DNA from: Lingula anatina
Lineage: Eukaryota > Animalia > Brachiopoda
Direction of reading: 5' to 3'
Length of the DNA: 64,000 nucleotides
Assembly (NCBI GenBank): GCA_051362555.1
Contig: CM120649.1
Coordinates: forward strand, 3,348,001 to 3,412,000
Below are positions 1-13,651 of this stretch, piece by piece; position 1 is the stretch's first letter, and every line of letters begins with the position of its first letter. The notes beneath the pieces are model-generated. The model made no database searches. It was given only the letters and a program-made list of their open reading frames with translations, and was not told the origin of the DNA. Made by a program: the position numbers and the translations under genes.

Positions 1-463
1 GTGTTTGTCTTTATGGTGTAGTTTTAAAGCCTTATTCATTACTTACTTGTGGCTGACGCTGCTCTTGAATGTATACAGTGTATGTCACTAAGGTGCAGGT
101 TTACTACTCCACCGGTAGCTTGTACCTTCCAGGTGGAAGTCTTACCTTTTACCAATCACTGATAAATTGTAGTTTAATGGCCTAGAGTTATTCATAAAAT
201 CCCGACTCCAGTATAGTTTTATAGTCCTTTACAATACAGTAAATTCTGAAGAGACATTGCAGCAATATATAACCAGGTATGTGTTGTTCAGTGGCGCCAT
301 CTATTCTGATGTATAAGTTTTATTAAAGTAAAACTGCAAGATCATCAGCTCTCACATTTTAAAACACACGTATAAAAGCATTTTGTGTTGTATGCAAGGG
401 TATAACAAATTAAGAACAAGGCATTATCCATCCAAAAATGCGTGCATTTGGAAGACGTAACAA

Positions 464-1190
464 AGGGCAAAGGTCACGGCGGCAGCGACATCGCCTGGTT
501 GAAGGCACTATTGTGAAATAATATTACAAAAGATGGATGATACTGAAGGGCGTATTCTGATATATATTAGATATTAGATAATTGACGAAAGGCAAAGGGG
601 AGGAAGGATAGAAGAAGTTTGCCAAAAAATCCAGAGATAATAAACCCACAGCATTTGACTGTAGCTTACAGTTTCCGGACAGAAGAAGCTGTCATCGAAG
701 CGTTCTCTAGGTAGCGGAGTGTCCACCAATGAAGGACTAATAACCTAATAGTAAACATAATATTTCAGCAGCACGATATCAATTTTGGGTTACATTAATA
801 TTAAGAGAATGCTTCTAAATTCTTCTAAAATAACCGCCCATACGTATATTCGTGCATTGCGAGAGGCGATATATTCATATGCGATTCCAATACCGTAAAA
901 ATTGCATAATTCTCTCGGTTTATCTGACTTGTGTTTGTGTTCATTGCTTAGTTATCTACCAGTCAAAATAGGGAGATATAGACTGGGCTGTAATTTCTTA
1001 ATATATTGAATGCTTCTCTCTCTCACACACACACTCTCTCTCTCTCTCTCTCTCTTATACCGTTGTCCGTATTTTCGTTTTCTCTTGTCTCAGCTCGTAT
1101 CTCAGGCCATCTGTGAAAGCCTTCAGGGCACACTTTGTTGGGGTATACATGTGACATGGTAAGTCCGCGTGGACCGTGCTTTCACATACA
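464..1190 (-). pseudogene. Truncated DHRS11-like SDR copy C (exons 4, 5 and part of 6 only)
   Basis: Exon 4 (1061-1190, with YTPTK) and exon 5 (670-744) match the intact paralogues. Exon 6 (from 507) breaks off near 464 and runs straight into 3'-UTR-like sequence, so exon 7 is deleted. Similarity to intron 3 stops near 1563 and exons 1-3 are not seen. Confidence 0.8.
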
Positions 1191-1213
1191 CTGTATTTAA
1201 ATACAATACGCTT

Positions 1214-1314
1214 CCCTAACGAAAAAGTCCTATAGGATCCTATAAGATCCTATAGGATTCTATAGGAAATTGGCCCAATTTCCTATAGGATTCTTTAGGA
1301 CTTTTTCGTATGGG
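1214..1314. mobile_element. ~100-bp palindromic MITE (CCC...GGG termini, 2-bp TSD TT; CMC/EnSpm-like)
   Basis: CCCTAACGAAAAAGTCCTA...TAGGACTTTTTCGTATGGG with internal CCTATAGGA repeats. The paralogous intron in copy B reads GCTTGTCAGAA without the insert. Confidence 0.7.
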
Positions 1315-1979
1315 TTGTCAGAAAGGATAAAATAATAATTTCCAAGACCCATTTCAACAGTATAAAATGCCGGCTAGCTACTTTTGCCTGCAACCACACG
1401 TTATAGAAGTTTTAACCGTTTGGAGAAGGAATTTGTGCCCATTCTCGACACTTTATGAGTAAGCCAAATGAGTTTGCGATGTAATTTGTTTAATTTTTCA
1501 ACCGCTTATACTCGATTTACTTGGGAAACATGATAAAGATACAAGAATATTTTGTTTGAGACCAACGTGTCATTCTACTTAGTAGATCGACTCACTAAGC
1601 GTCAAAAATCATGATGCATAACTTTGCACCAGAATTCGGGTCAAACAGATTCCATTACGTTCTTTAATTGCACATGTCTAGACAATTGTCTTGTCTGAAA
1701 TTTCCCAAGGTTAATTTTTTTTTATTCTACTTAGTAGACCCTCTATGCGTCAAAAACCATCAAACATGACCACCAACTTTGGTGAATTATTTCCTTGAAG
1801 CAAAGTAACGAATTGTAGGATCGTTGCCTTTGTGGGAAATGTCAAATATGGCTAATGGTGGCTACATTTCAATAGAGCTTCCACAATCATGTGAGACCAA
1901 CATGAACCTGATCATGTGCATTGGAATAATCCTTTAATGTTTTTTTCCATCGTTTCATTGTTGTCATCCAAAGAAAAAG

Positions 1980-1981
<2 letters not shown>

Positions 1982-2043
<62 letters not shown>
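1982..2043. repeat. (TA)n microsatellite
   Basis: About 30 TA units, seen directly. Confidence 0.95.
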
Positions 2044-2045
<2 letters not shown>

Positions 2046-2541
2046 CAAATTTTAAGCATGTATACACTTTCCCATTTTATCTTCTTTACGAATTCTTGGA
2101 AGTTTACAAACGTATTTGTTTTGTGTATTTATTTCAAATAAGGAATATCACATATAATATGTGACTATTCCATTTAAACTGTTTTGATATCACACCCATA
2201 TTAACTTTAAGGTACATGTGTTATCGCACTCCAAGTTGCTTCTGTGCTCTTGGAATACAACCTTCTATTGACTTATTTAGTCTATCCAAAGCAGGGTATT
2301 TAAATCACAAAAAAAGTGTAATTACCGAAGTAAATTAATTGCAAAAAGAAAAAAATAGATACCAACGAAATACCCTTTTTACGCCTCGTACAAGGTCTTT
2401 TCTCGCACTACACATAATATATCAAAATCGTTTGGTGTTGAATGCAAAAGAATAACAAATGAAGAACAAGGCATTTTCCCCATCCAAATATTTGTGCTTT
2501 TCAAAGACGTGACAAGCTGGCAGCGGCAGTTGCCCTATGAG

Positions 2542-5500
2542 TTAATACGGGTCGTGTATGGCGTGTAGGCAAATATGGCGGACCTGGAAAAGAAAGTTGT
2601 TACAATGTAATAAATGGTTGCTTCATTGAAGCTTCTGACAGATGGGAGCAAACAACAACAGATTCCATCTTTGAGAGAGCAAATAGTTATTTCAGCATTC
2701 AATAATAAAGAATTTTATGTCCCCTGGGACTTGTGTTCAGAATACCTAACACGCAAATGAGAAGATTCAAGAAAATCAAAAACCCTATTACGTGTACTAT
2801 TCATTCAAAGAAATGGGTATCTTTTCTGACTTTAATTGTAACCAGAAAAAATGAATTGACTTAAAAGTACTGAATGCAAAAGTTAGTAGAAATTATTCTT
2901 ACGTTAACACATGGCGGGGCTCTGAGGGCAAAGGTCACTGCGGCAGCGACATCGTCCGGTTGAAGACACTAGTGTGCAATGACATTACATTGAAAAAATT
3001 ATTATGGGGAAAAAATAGGCTGAATGACGATTTCAAACGTATACCAAAATAGTTACTTTAAGACAGTGGCATATTAACAACATTTAAAGTGTCTTTTATT
3101 AAGGTGAAACTGCTAGGTGATTTAATGAATGTGTTAAATAAGCCTTTTTTAAATAAATATTTAAAAATTACAAATGAAACAACCCCTCTGTATCCTCAAT
3201 AAAATTGCAATGTCTTATCCATTAAGACCAAAACGTTACTGAAAACTTTGTCAGAATCCGAGAATCCTTATTCCATTCATAATTTCTGTTATTTGCAAAG
3301 AGCAAGCGGAAGGAATGATAGAAGAAGTTTGCCACAAAACCGAGAGATTATAAGCCTGCAACATTTGACTGTAGCTTACAGTTTCCGGACAGAAGAAGCT
3401 GTCATCCATGTCGTCTCTAGATTGCGGAGTGTCCACCAATGCAGGACTAATAACCTAAAAGTAGAGCATTATATTTCAGCAGCAAGATATCAATTTTGGG
3501 TTACATTAATAAAATGCTGTATAAATTCTTCTAAAATGAAATATTTGACCACCTATATGTATACTAGTGCATGTCTAGAGGCGGAATATTCATAAGCGAT
3601 TCCAATACCGTAAAAATTGTATTATTCTTTCGGTTCATCTGACTTATGTTTGCCTTAATTAAATTGCGAAAGTTTTCTACTAGTGAAACAAGACTGGGCT
3701 GTAATTTCTATATACATGTATATTATATGCATCTCTCTCTGTCTCTCTCTCTCTCTCATACCGTTGTTCGTATTTTCGTTTTCTCTTTTCTCAGCTCGTG
3801 TCTCAGGCCCTCTGTGAAAGCCTTCAGGGCAAACTTTGTTGGGGTATACACGTGGCATGGTAAGTCCACGTGGACCGTGCTTTCACATACACTATAATTA
3901 AATAGAGTATACTTGTCAGAAAGAGCCAAAATTCGTTCTTTGTCAAGCTCGGGTGTTATAGCTAAGGACTTTGATGGTTTCATCGCGTTTGGGATGTGAT
4001 TTTTTAAAGTTTATATCAACTTATTGTTGACCTGATCATTTATCTATTAGTAAGTCATGACAATAAAGATTTATACCACGACTGGCGCTTCAAACAATAG
4101 GATAATTGCACTCTTGTTTGCTGCATTCATTGGACGACGAGCAGTTATACAGGTAACTAGTACGTATTCTGTTTAAACCTGGCTGTACGTGTATTACCTG
4201 CCAATGTTAATAATGTGCCCGTCATCCATGTTCCTTTCTTGTATGGACTGAATGGTAAGCTGGGATACGGTGATGACAGCGAATACATTCAACTGAAAAA
4301 ACGCTTTAGCTTTATTCGATAGGTTGTCCCGGGTTGAAAGTATGTCAGTAAGTGAAACGACAAGTCGTGATCATTTTTTTTTTTTTTAGAGTCGCTGGCC
4401 ATTTTTCGAACCTGCTGTCCGTTGCTTTATTGCATTATTTTAAGTATCATCTAAACAGCTAAGAAAAGCTTTGTTCATGCTGCGCTCAATTAGATATTTG
4501 GCAAACATTTCCTCACTGAGCATATACACATAAGCTATAACATGTACCCGAACTTAACGCTAAACACAAACTCAGCACAATCTCAAGTAGGCAATTGGAA
4601 CTCAACAAACAGATATAAAGTTGTATTTTGATGCGCAAAATACTTCTTCGGAACTACAAGCTTTGTTTGATCTAGATGCTGAATCTAACAGTAATACGAC
4701 TAACAATATTCTGAAAAATACATGTATATATCAGCGGAGTTGTCTTACATCATACATTGCCATGGTATCAGATAAAGACCCTGTCTTGCAATCCTGAAAG
4801 AGGCTGAGACCAGCGTTGTTAACACAAACGTCGACACCGCCCAACTGTTCCTTGATTTTTTGAAACATGGACTCGATCTCTTCCGTTTTGGTAAGGTCGC
4901 ATTTCATTGGAATCAAACGACCCTTTTCGCCCTCAAGTCCCGTTGCTGCTTTCTGGAATGTATACATGTATTCAACCTTCTTTTCATCTAAGGTAAAAAA
5001 TTTATCAGTTTTGTGATTATCGTATTTAACATCTAACTCAACTAAACGGTTATTTGTTAGAAGAAAATATTTGGGGGATGTCGATATTCTACTGTATATA
5101 CGAACATTATCTATGCTACAACGACTGAACGTACCTGAGTTACTGAATAAAGTATATCAATCAATATTACCATCAGAGACAGAAAAAATAATAACAGAGA
5201 AAGATTAGGCACGAATTGTCTGACCAGGGCGCAGGTGTCATTCGCAACTAGCTATATATGGTTTTATAAATCTGCATTTTTATAGATACAGAGGACATAA
5301 ACATGAAAACAATTCTTTAAAACAATTGTCCACGGTATTCTCTTTTTTTTTGTCAGTGACATGTAGCAGTTCTAGTTTTTCACCGCGACATCCAGTCTTT
5401 ATTTGCTTATCTATATTATTATTATTATTATTATTGAAAAAACATACTTGCATATCTTCCACGTGTCTGGCACATCCAACCACCACCATACCATTCTTAA

Positions 5501-5579
5501 CCAGGGCACGAGCAATGGCTTCTCCTATCCCTTTCGATGCTCCTGTTACCAAGGCAACACGTCCTGCCCAGCGATCCAT
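2542..5579 (-). CDS. DHRS11: DHRS11-like short-chain dehydrogenase/reductase copy A, 7 exons, 247 aa
   Basis: GT-AG exons 5448-5579, 4749-4952, 4198-4292, 3762-3891, 3380-3454, 2903-2968, 2542-2583 join in frame (744 nt). Motifs: MDRWAGRVALVTGASKGIG (Rossmann), VNNAG, GHIINIGS, catalytic YTPTK, EGLRHEL, LQPDDVA. The symbol is a family-level call. Confidence 0.88.
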
Positions 5580-5960
5580 TTCTGAAACAGCTTCATGTTA
5601 AAAGCATATTTCATTGAAAAAAACTCGTAGACTCATTGGGTCCGGACAAGGTAGCACGTCGGAGAGGAGGGGCACAAATCTTCACTTATTTTAACGCATT
5701 TTACATGACGCGTTTGCATATAAATCTGTAGATTATTGTGTACCGAGCCATCGTTTTATCTCTGATCATAAACATATATTATCCTCTTTTGCCCTGATAT
5801 GTAAAACGTACAATTTAATGGTAATCCGACTGTACGTCACGTTACGTACACGTACGTATATAGCGGATGCAAGGTATGTTGTATTAGAAGTAAGGTGTGT
5901 TGAATCAGAGAGGTACATGTACGTACACAAATAAAAAGCACGTGTGGTTGTCAGCAAGTG

Positions 5961-6062
5961 AATATAAGAACCCAATACGAGTACCTACGGACATTAGTTA
6001 TAAAAAGTCATAGAATATAAGAACCCAATACGAGTACCTACGGACATTAGTTATAAAAAGTC
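5961..6062. repeat. Tandem duplication of ~50 bp
   Basis: AATATAAGAACCCAATACGAGTACCTACGGACATTAGTTATAAAAAGTC occurs twice in tandem. Confidence 0.85.
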
Positions 6063-6816
6063 CTGAAATCGTTACGCTTTTAAAGAAAAGATCTGCAGGA
6101 AATAATTTATATAACTTCGGGACAGGTAAAACATCTTCAATGTAAACCACACGTTGCCCCCCCCCCCCCCCCCCCCCAACTCCCACGTGGCCTGAGGTCG
6201 CCTGCACGACAATCCGCTTAGATGCAACGTTGGTTGGATATGACTCATATACCATATACCCTATGATAGAAGGGGCATCTAAAATAGTATATAAAACCAA
6301 AGTATAGGCAGAATTAATTTTAACACATAACTATCGGACCCTGTTTTCTGACAGTACTCACGCCACATACCTGGCCACGTATGTCTCACAACAGGTGAGT
6401 CTTTTTCTTATTCTCGACACACGCAACCCGCATCAAGCGCCATCTTTGTTTTACCCCTTCACTTACTCACTGTCAGTGTTATAAGTGCCTAAAACAAATG
6501 CGCCGATCAATATTATGCGGAAAAAATAGAGTGGAAACTCACCTCTCTATCCCCTTGCCTCTTGCCGTTTTCAGTAAACGTAAATGGCAGAGTTACGCTG
6601 ATATAACAGAGAGGTGGATTTCCAGTGTCCTCAAAATGTCCTCAAAATGTCCTCAAAATCCATTAAGTTTGACCCGGTCGATATCAACTACAACGTGACC
6701 TGAAACCACCTTTATGCACATGTACCAGTTAACCTATTTATAGTTAAGAGTGAAATAAATCCATGCTACAGGTCAAGCATTACAACTGGGACACAATGTA
6801 GTCCCCAAAACCTTAA

Positions 6817-7165
6817 AGGGATAATAACTCTTCATTTTGGCCAAAAAATGAATTTTCCTGGCGTAAACAACAATTTCCCCATACTTACCAATGGTTAATG
6901 AATCCATTTTACATTCAAAGTTAGTCTCTGGTTTTTTTCTAAAAAGTTTGTTTTTTTTTGTTAAAATCTCTTAAGAGATTATAACTGAGTACAGCCATCA
7001 ATGGAGGTCACGTGATCTGAAGACAAGCTCAGATATTAGAATAATAGCTATAACTGCCGTTTTTGTGGTAAAACAGAATATATTATATTTCTATGAGTTG
7101 TTCACAATGTTTTTTATTGTAAAATATAGATCACATACGAAGAGTTATTATAAATATATATCCCT
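6817..7165. mobile_element. TTAA-targeting MITE (Kolobok-like), copy 1
   Basis: TTAA|AGGGATAATAACT...TCCCT|TTAA. The same family occurs at 15715-16053 (inverted), with partial copies at ~45816-45980 and ~63205-63330. Confidence 0.7.
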
Positions 7166-7245
7166 TTAAGTTTGACCCAGTAGATATCAAACTACAACTT
7201 GACCTGAAGCCACCTTCATCCTGCCTTTATACACATGTAATTTAG

Positions 7246-9110
7246 CCTTTTTCATCTTTTCCGGAAATGGAAATTGCATTGTGGGTAGGGGAGCCCTGCT
7301 ACGTCGAAACACTTACAGCGGTGCTAAAAACCATGGCTGGGTTTACGTGCTTTTTGTCCCGCTACTACAATAACAGTAAGCGAGATCGACACATGAGGTT
7401 TAATAAGTTCCCAACAAACCCGTTAGAATGAAAAATATGGTAGAAAGAAAGGAAAATATAGCAAGTTTGGATCAAAAGCAGGGCACCGCGTTTGCGCTGA
7501 ACATTTCGAAGGCGGGAAGAAAAACTATAATATTAGGAGATCAACGGTGCTTTAATAAAAAACAGAAATGCTTAGTTAAACAACGTATATAACGAACTAT
7601 CGGCAAATAGAACTCGGGGGTAAAAAATGCGAGAAAAAAAAACATTATAAAGATTTGAAGAAAAAATTGAAGAATAGGCCGGGGCCTAAAAATTAAGAAA
7701 AGACTTCAAGCATGAGATTATGGAAAAAGAAAGTAAAAGCTTTGAAGTTTTACACGGGGATTCTACTTACAAAACATTCAAGAACGTTATCGGCGAAATA
7801 AAAAGTTATTTATTTCTGAACTCAATGACAAGAGAATTGGAAAATTCAATGGGCATATTTTTACAAAAAATGCAGAAAAGCCTTTCTGTAAGCTACACGT
7901 ACATAATACATGTATGGTAAAGACAAAATGGATAATAAACATAATCCAACAACGTATTTGTAAAGTAATATAAATATGCTTAGTATTAAAGTAGGCCTAC
8001 GTATATTTAACTGTCTTAGATAGTTGAAAAGTATGAAATGTGTGGGAAACACTTTATTTGAATGTTTTAATTGTCTGTGATTGAAAACAATGAAAATACG
8101 CATAAAAACGTTTAAAAATCAAATAATTTGGGCTCTTGCTATAATTTTGTTTTTGTTTCAGATTGACAAAATTTTCATACTTGTCAGACCAAAAGGCTGA
8201 CATTTTTTACCTGTCGTAAATTTTGTACATATACTCTAGAGTAAGACACGGTAAACTTTAATTATCGTCTGGGAAAGAGTCGAGAATTCCTGTCTCACCT
8301 ATTTAACACTTAAAAGGTTTTAATTACAGAGGAAAGGTCGTAGTTGTGGCCGCCCGCCTTACCAAACAATTGAACAAGTAACACCTGATGCCTTTTCAGG
8401 TACCAAACGATTTAACAGTTCACCGACGAACGATCTGCGTGTCAGTTTTACCTGAATACACAGTAGTTACGAGTCAAACAATGCAGGAAATCTTTTCATT
8501 TTATCACTTTAAAAATCTCTTAAGATATCCTTCAAACAAGACATAAAAATCGTAATGAATTGGCACTGCCGGTACATGAGGTGATATCGCCACAGCTTGC
8601 ATACAACATGTACAAAATTGTGAAGACGTAGGCCTGCGCACCTGTCCACACTCTTGAAAGCTGTGTACGAGTCTACTGGCTATTTTGATTTTATATATAA
8701 AAAAATAACGAGTCTCTTTCGCATATTTTTATTATCGGAAGCATTTAAAAGAACTCCGTAGCTTTAGTTCGATCGTCATCACTATTGAAAGTGCAGCCAA
8801 GGCTCGGACGCTTAGGTGAAGTCTAGTTGTAAAGCGCATCTTATTTAAACTGAGAAAGAAAATGTTTAATTGCTTGATTCTCCGTCCAAATAGCTGTTTC
8901 TTGCCTACAGTTTACGCATTTCTGTGCTTCAGCCACCTTTTTAGTTTGACAGAAAGTAGTGCACGCTTCGAACGACCTTTTTATATGCACACCTTGTACA
9001 TCATCTACACCTAGCATTGCCATGCTGGAAACAGCAGAGGACCACCATGACCCCTGTGGCGCGCGGTTCCTGCCATGCGCACTTCGTATTTCCGCAAAAG
9101 ATGAAAAAGG
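7246..9110. mobile_element. Degenerate non-autonomous TIR element (possibly piggyBac-like)
   Basis: Imperfect ~35-bp inverted repeats CCTTTTTCATCTTTTCCGGAAAT... / ...ATTTCCGCAAAAGATGAAAAAGG, flanked by TTAG and TTAA. No ORF inside. Confidence 0.4.
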
Positions 9111-10610
9111 TTAAACGAATGAAATGACCTCAGCCTTGAGGTCATTGTTTGAAACATCAGTGGAACTGTGCGGTTATATATATTTCATAAACATTTTAAA
9201 GTTGGGTATTTCTATTTATAAAACACAGCAAAAATGCATTTTATTCAACTGTTTAATTAAAATATTACAAAAAAAAAATTAAATTCAAAAATCATAACGA
9301 AGTTACGAAAACTCTTCATATTGGCGGAAAAAAGTGCCATAAAACGGATATTCATGGGGTAGCCCACAATTTTATCATACTTTCCAACGATTACTGAAGA
9401 CGTTATGACATTAATAGCAATACAAAAATTTCTCTATAGCAATTTAAATATTAAAAGCAATTTACCAAAACCCACGCTTAAGCGATGGTTTTTCAAGTAT
9501 GGATGCCATTTCATGCTTGAACACTCTAGACTTTTGGATATCGCGAGACTCTCGTGCTGTGACCTAGTTTAAACCAGTTCATGTTGGCAGGAAAAGGCAA
9601 TATGGAAAAAGGGTCTCAGGTTGGTCCTTCAAAGACGAGGAGGAAGATAAGAAAAACTTCTTTTTTGCAAACTATTTATAGTGAATATAACTCGATTACC
9701 TGCAAAAGTTTTGTAAACATTTTCTCTGCCTCTTCAAGCCCTCGTTTTCCAATTCTACCATGAGTATCAGGATACTATAAAGGTACTTGTAGCTTACTCA
9801 CTAGGCCTATATCTTTTCATGTGTTAGCTTTACGGTGTCACTGAAGAATAGCAGCAATTTTGAATATCTGCCATTCTAAGGAACTGCTCCGCAGTGAATC
9901 TGCATTTGAATGTCATTAGTCCACAATGAAACGTAAACAGATTTAATTTTGCTACTTAATCTACTTAATCTTTACTTTATTTAAGATATTAATTGAAATA
10001 TAAATAAAATATTTTAAGGGAAAAGATATTCTAAATGATTTGTATTTAATAACTTATCGAAAAATTTTTTGCTCCTGAAGATATAAACACAATACATGGG
10101 CCAGGTTTGACAGCTATGGCCGATACCATTGTGCGTGGTGCGCAATGGCTACACTAAAAATCAGTTTGCCTCATTCTCAACGGGCATTATTTAGAATAAC
10201 TTGCAGTCTCGCTAATCAATTCACAAAATGTCATGCAAGATTTCGTGGAATTTAGAGGAGATTAAGGTCATAAGTAATGGCAAACTAGCGAGTGTTTTAC
10301 AACAACGAATAAAAGTTGCCTTAAAGATACTGGTTATTTTCTCAAGTTGTGCGTGTCAATTTCTTGGGTATTATTTAATAAAGAGATATTTCCGGCTTAT
10401 AGTTTCACCCTTAATTTATCGCTTATAAGTTAACCCAGATTCACAGGGATTCTCGCTCTTTCTCGTATAGTTTCTCGTATGAAGTAACGTACGTACTGCA
10501 GTAAGCCACTTTTAAGGTTATCTAGTATGGCCCTTTCGTTGTGTACCACTTATAGCTGTCCTGAAACGTATACAACACTTGCACGTGTTTTCTAATAATT
10601 ACTGTGGAGC

Positions 10611-13290
10611 TCATGTTTTGTCACTGCTGCATGAGTGTGGTATTATTCCAGTGGTTTTCATCCCCATAACTATCGCCCTAACGAAAGCAATGATGGCTTC
10701 GCCTTTTTTATTCATCATTGTCAATTCTTGACCTATGCAGTGAATTGTATTGGCTCTACTGAGACATTCACCCAGCACTTGCTCCTGTATACGAAGAGCA
10801 CTCTGGTATGTACCGAGGGCAGCTGGATGATCTCCCTGTGTAGATATGGCACGAGCTAATTCATGTATTGTGGCTGCTGTCTGTTCGTGATATTCTCCCA
10901 GTATTTTCTCCTTCATAGCCAGAGCTCTCCTGAGAACGTCCACAGCACCATCTGCATTGACCAGCGCTATCATTTCCTGACCCATGCAATGCAGTGTAGT
11001 GGCTGTACTTTGACTTTCACCCAGCACTTGCTCCCTTATACGGAGAGCTCTCTGGTATGTACTAAGAGCCTCTGCGTGGTTTCGCTGTGCAGATATCGCT
11101 ATCATTTCATGACCCACACTGTGCAGTGCAAAAGATGTAAGGATACTTTCACCCAGCACTTGTTCCTGTATACGAAGAGCTCTCTGGTATGTACTAAAAG
11201 CCTCTGCGTGGTTTCCCTGTGCAAATATGGTCGAGCTAATTTATGTATTGTGGCTGCTGTTTGTTCGCGGTATTCTCCCAGTATTTTCTCCTTAATAGCC
11301 AGAGCTCTCCTGAGAACGTCCACAGCACCGTCTGCATTGCCAAACGCTATCATTTCCTGACCCATGCAATTCAGTGTAGTGGCTGTACTTTGACTTTCAC
11401 CTAGCATTTGCTCCCTTATACGAAGAGCTCTCTGGTGCATGCATGTACTAAGAGCCTCTTCGTGATTTCCCTGTGCAGATATGGCACGAGCTAATGTTTG
11501 TATTGTGATTGCTGTCTGTTCGTGGTATTCTCCCAGTGTCTTTTCGCTCACAGACAATGCTCTTCTAAGAGCATCTATGGCCCAATCTATATGTCCAGCA
11601 CCATTCATGACAGAACCCATGTACGTCAGGGCACTAGCAGAGTCAGGATGTTCATCCATAGCAGTCGTCTGCTAGAGCAACTGCCCGTTTATGTAATGAC
11701 AAAGATTCCTCTTTATTTCCAATGACATTCAAAGGTACGGCTGCCCCGTTCAAAGCAACTATACCCACTCCGCCTTCCTTACCATCTATTGAGGGTTTTG
11801 TATTAAGTATGTCATGCAAGGTGGACATAACGGCTTCCTAAATTCTCTCCTTGTCTGGCTTTGGTTCCTGAAATTCCGGCCTGTGCAAGATATTTCATGC
11901 TTAAATCGTGATGAGAAACGGCCTTGTCAAAAGAGTTGTTCAGGATATCGAGGCAGCGGGCATAATTTTCTTTTGATTCCTGCAACACTAATACCAAATA
12001 ATAACAGCATTTACAATAATTTTTATAGTTACAGCGCTCATCTTGTTTCTCATACATGTCTTTTGCTTTAGACAGACACTCAACGGAAGCGGGTAAATCT
12101 GCAAGTTCGGCCTGCGGATAACCTATATTATAATACAAGAATACCAGGTCAAAATCACTTTGTTTTCCGTGCTCTATAGTGGCGTCTAGTGCTAGTTTGA
12201 AACATCTGAGAGAATCAACCAACCTGCCTATCATACTTAGACCGAAAGCCAATTTTTTTGCAATGCTGCATGTGACTTCCTTTGACTTAAAAATATCAAT
12301 ACAGGTCAGATAAATATATTTGTCTTTTTCAAACAGTTTTGTTGCTTCGCGGACATTTTCTGTTGCAGCTAAGGCGTACATCCTATTTATTCTATGCTTC
12401 ATAGAAGTCATGAATATCTGTTTGAAATGATCCATGTTTTCTTCGGAAGCCTGTTGATTTGCAAATGCCTGAATAACACTGTGCATAGTATACGTCTCAC
12501 TGGCTGCATCATACCCCAGAAACGAAGCATCACAAAGGGTTTGTAGACAAGTTCTGCAATCATACATAGTAAGACTCATTTGATGCTTGGTCAAGAGTTT
12601 GAATGCGTCATCTGCCTTAAAGCTTGTTGGAAAAAGAGACAGTATTTGAACTGATTCTTGCATCTCCAGGCCCAAATCTTTATAAGAGAGGTTAACACAA
12701 GCTGCAGCGTTTAGGTGCTCGGGTGTTAAGGGCGAAAGTTTTAGGCCAAATACCGTTTTCAAGGTTAGTTCCTCGATTATATCTATTGTTTTGTGACCTT
12801 GGCGAAGTGAGTAGCCAAGGATATGAAGCAACAGTACAACAAAGCTACATTTTTCACCCAAGCGTTTGCCGTCTTCACGACACAAATTCTGGGAATACGA
12901 CTGCAACACGTCACACGATTCATCCACTGTCAGAGAACCAAGATTGTGAGTAGGTACGTCTTCATTTGGTAAGTGAATTGTAAGGCGAGTTGTACATAAA
13001 ATGTAGGCGTTGTTACAGTTAGTAACCAACCGCTGTAGCATGGTATAGAAATGGTTTTGTGTGATTTCCTCAAAAGCACTCTCACAATTGTCAAGTATGA
13101 TGAGCATCTTTTTGCCGTACGACGTTATTTCTTGACAGGCCTTGGTTATGAGACGATCAGCGTTGGTGGCGCCACTGCTTACGTAACCCTGCTGATAATT
13201 TTAAAGCAAGAAGAATGGACAAAGGAATATCATCTGCAAATGAAACATTCTTCATGTCAGCCATGATCATTTTGGAATTGGCTATGGAGG
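10611..13290 (-). pseudogene. Intronless STAND/NB-ARC NTPase + TPR-array (NLR-like) pseudogene
   Basis: Walker B-like LIILDNCE, ILCTTR, and a YTMHSVIQ (MHD-like) winged-helix end, followed by kinesin-light-chain-type TPRs (ALRIREQVLGE, ALAMKEKILGEYHEQTA). Split by frameshifts near 13160, 11840, 11655 and 11230. Walker A is degraded (G-STMA). Confidence 0.75.
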
Positions 13291-13651
13291 AAGCCATTGT
13301 TGACCCGAATCTTGATTCGGCTTTGGCGCCATTTCATACAGTATTTTTCATTCAAATTGCAAGATGGGACCGTTTTTACATAAGTGCTCATAACTCAACC
13401 AAAAATGACAGGATTTTAATGAAAAGTTACAAACAATAAGATTAAATACAGGTAAAATGCATTTTAAATCCAATTATATCTGCCTTTAAGGGAACACTCA
13501 CAATCAACATTTCTTGGACTACACACACTTTTTAAATATTTTCGCTTTTTGGTGTTGTATGAAGAAGAATTACAAATTAAATACAAGACATTTCCCCATC
13601 CAATAAGGCATGCATTTTAAAAGCATGAAAAGATCTGCAGTTTGACATAGT

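Noticed and set aside
1916-2164. YI-repeat ORF (also 38611-38793, 44094-44318, 52070-52531)
   Set aside because: Translations of microsatellites.
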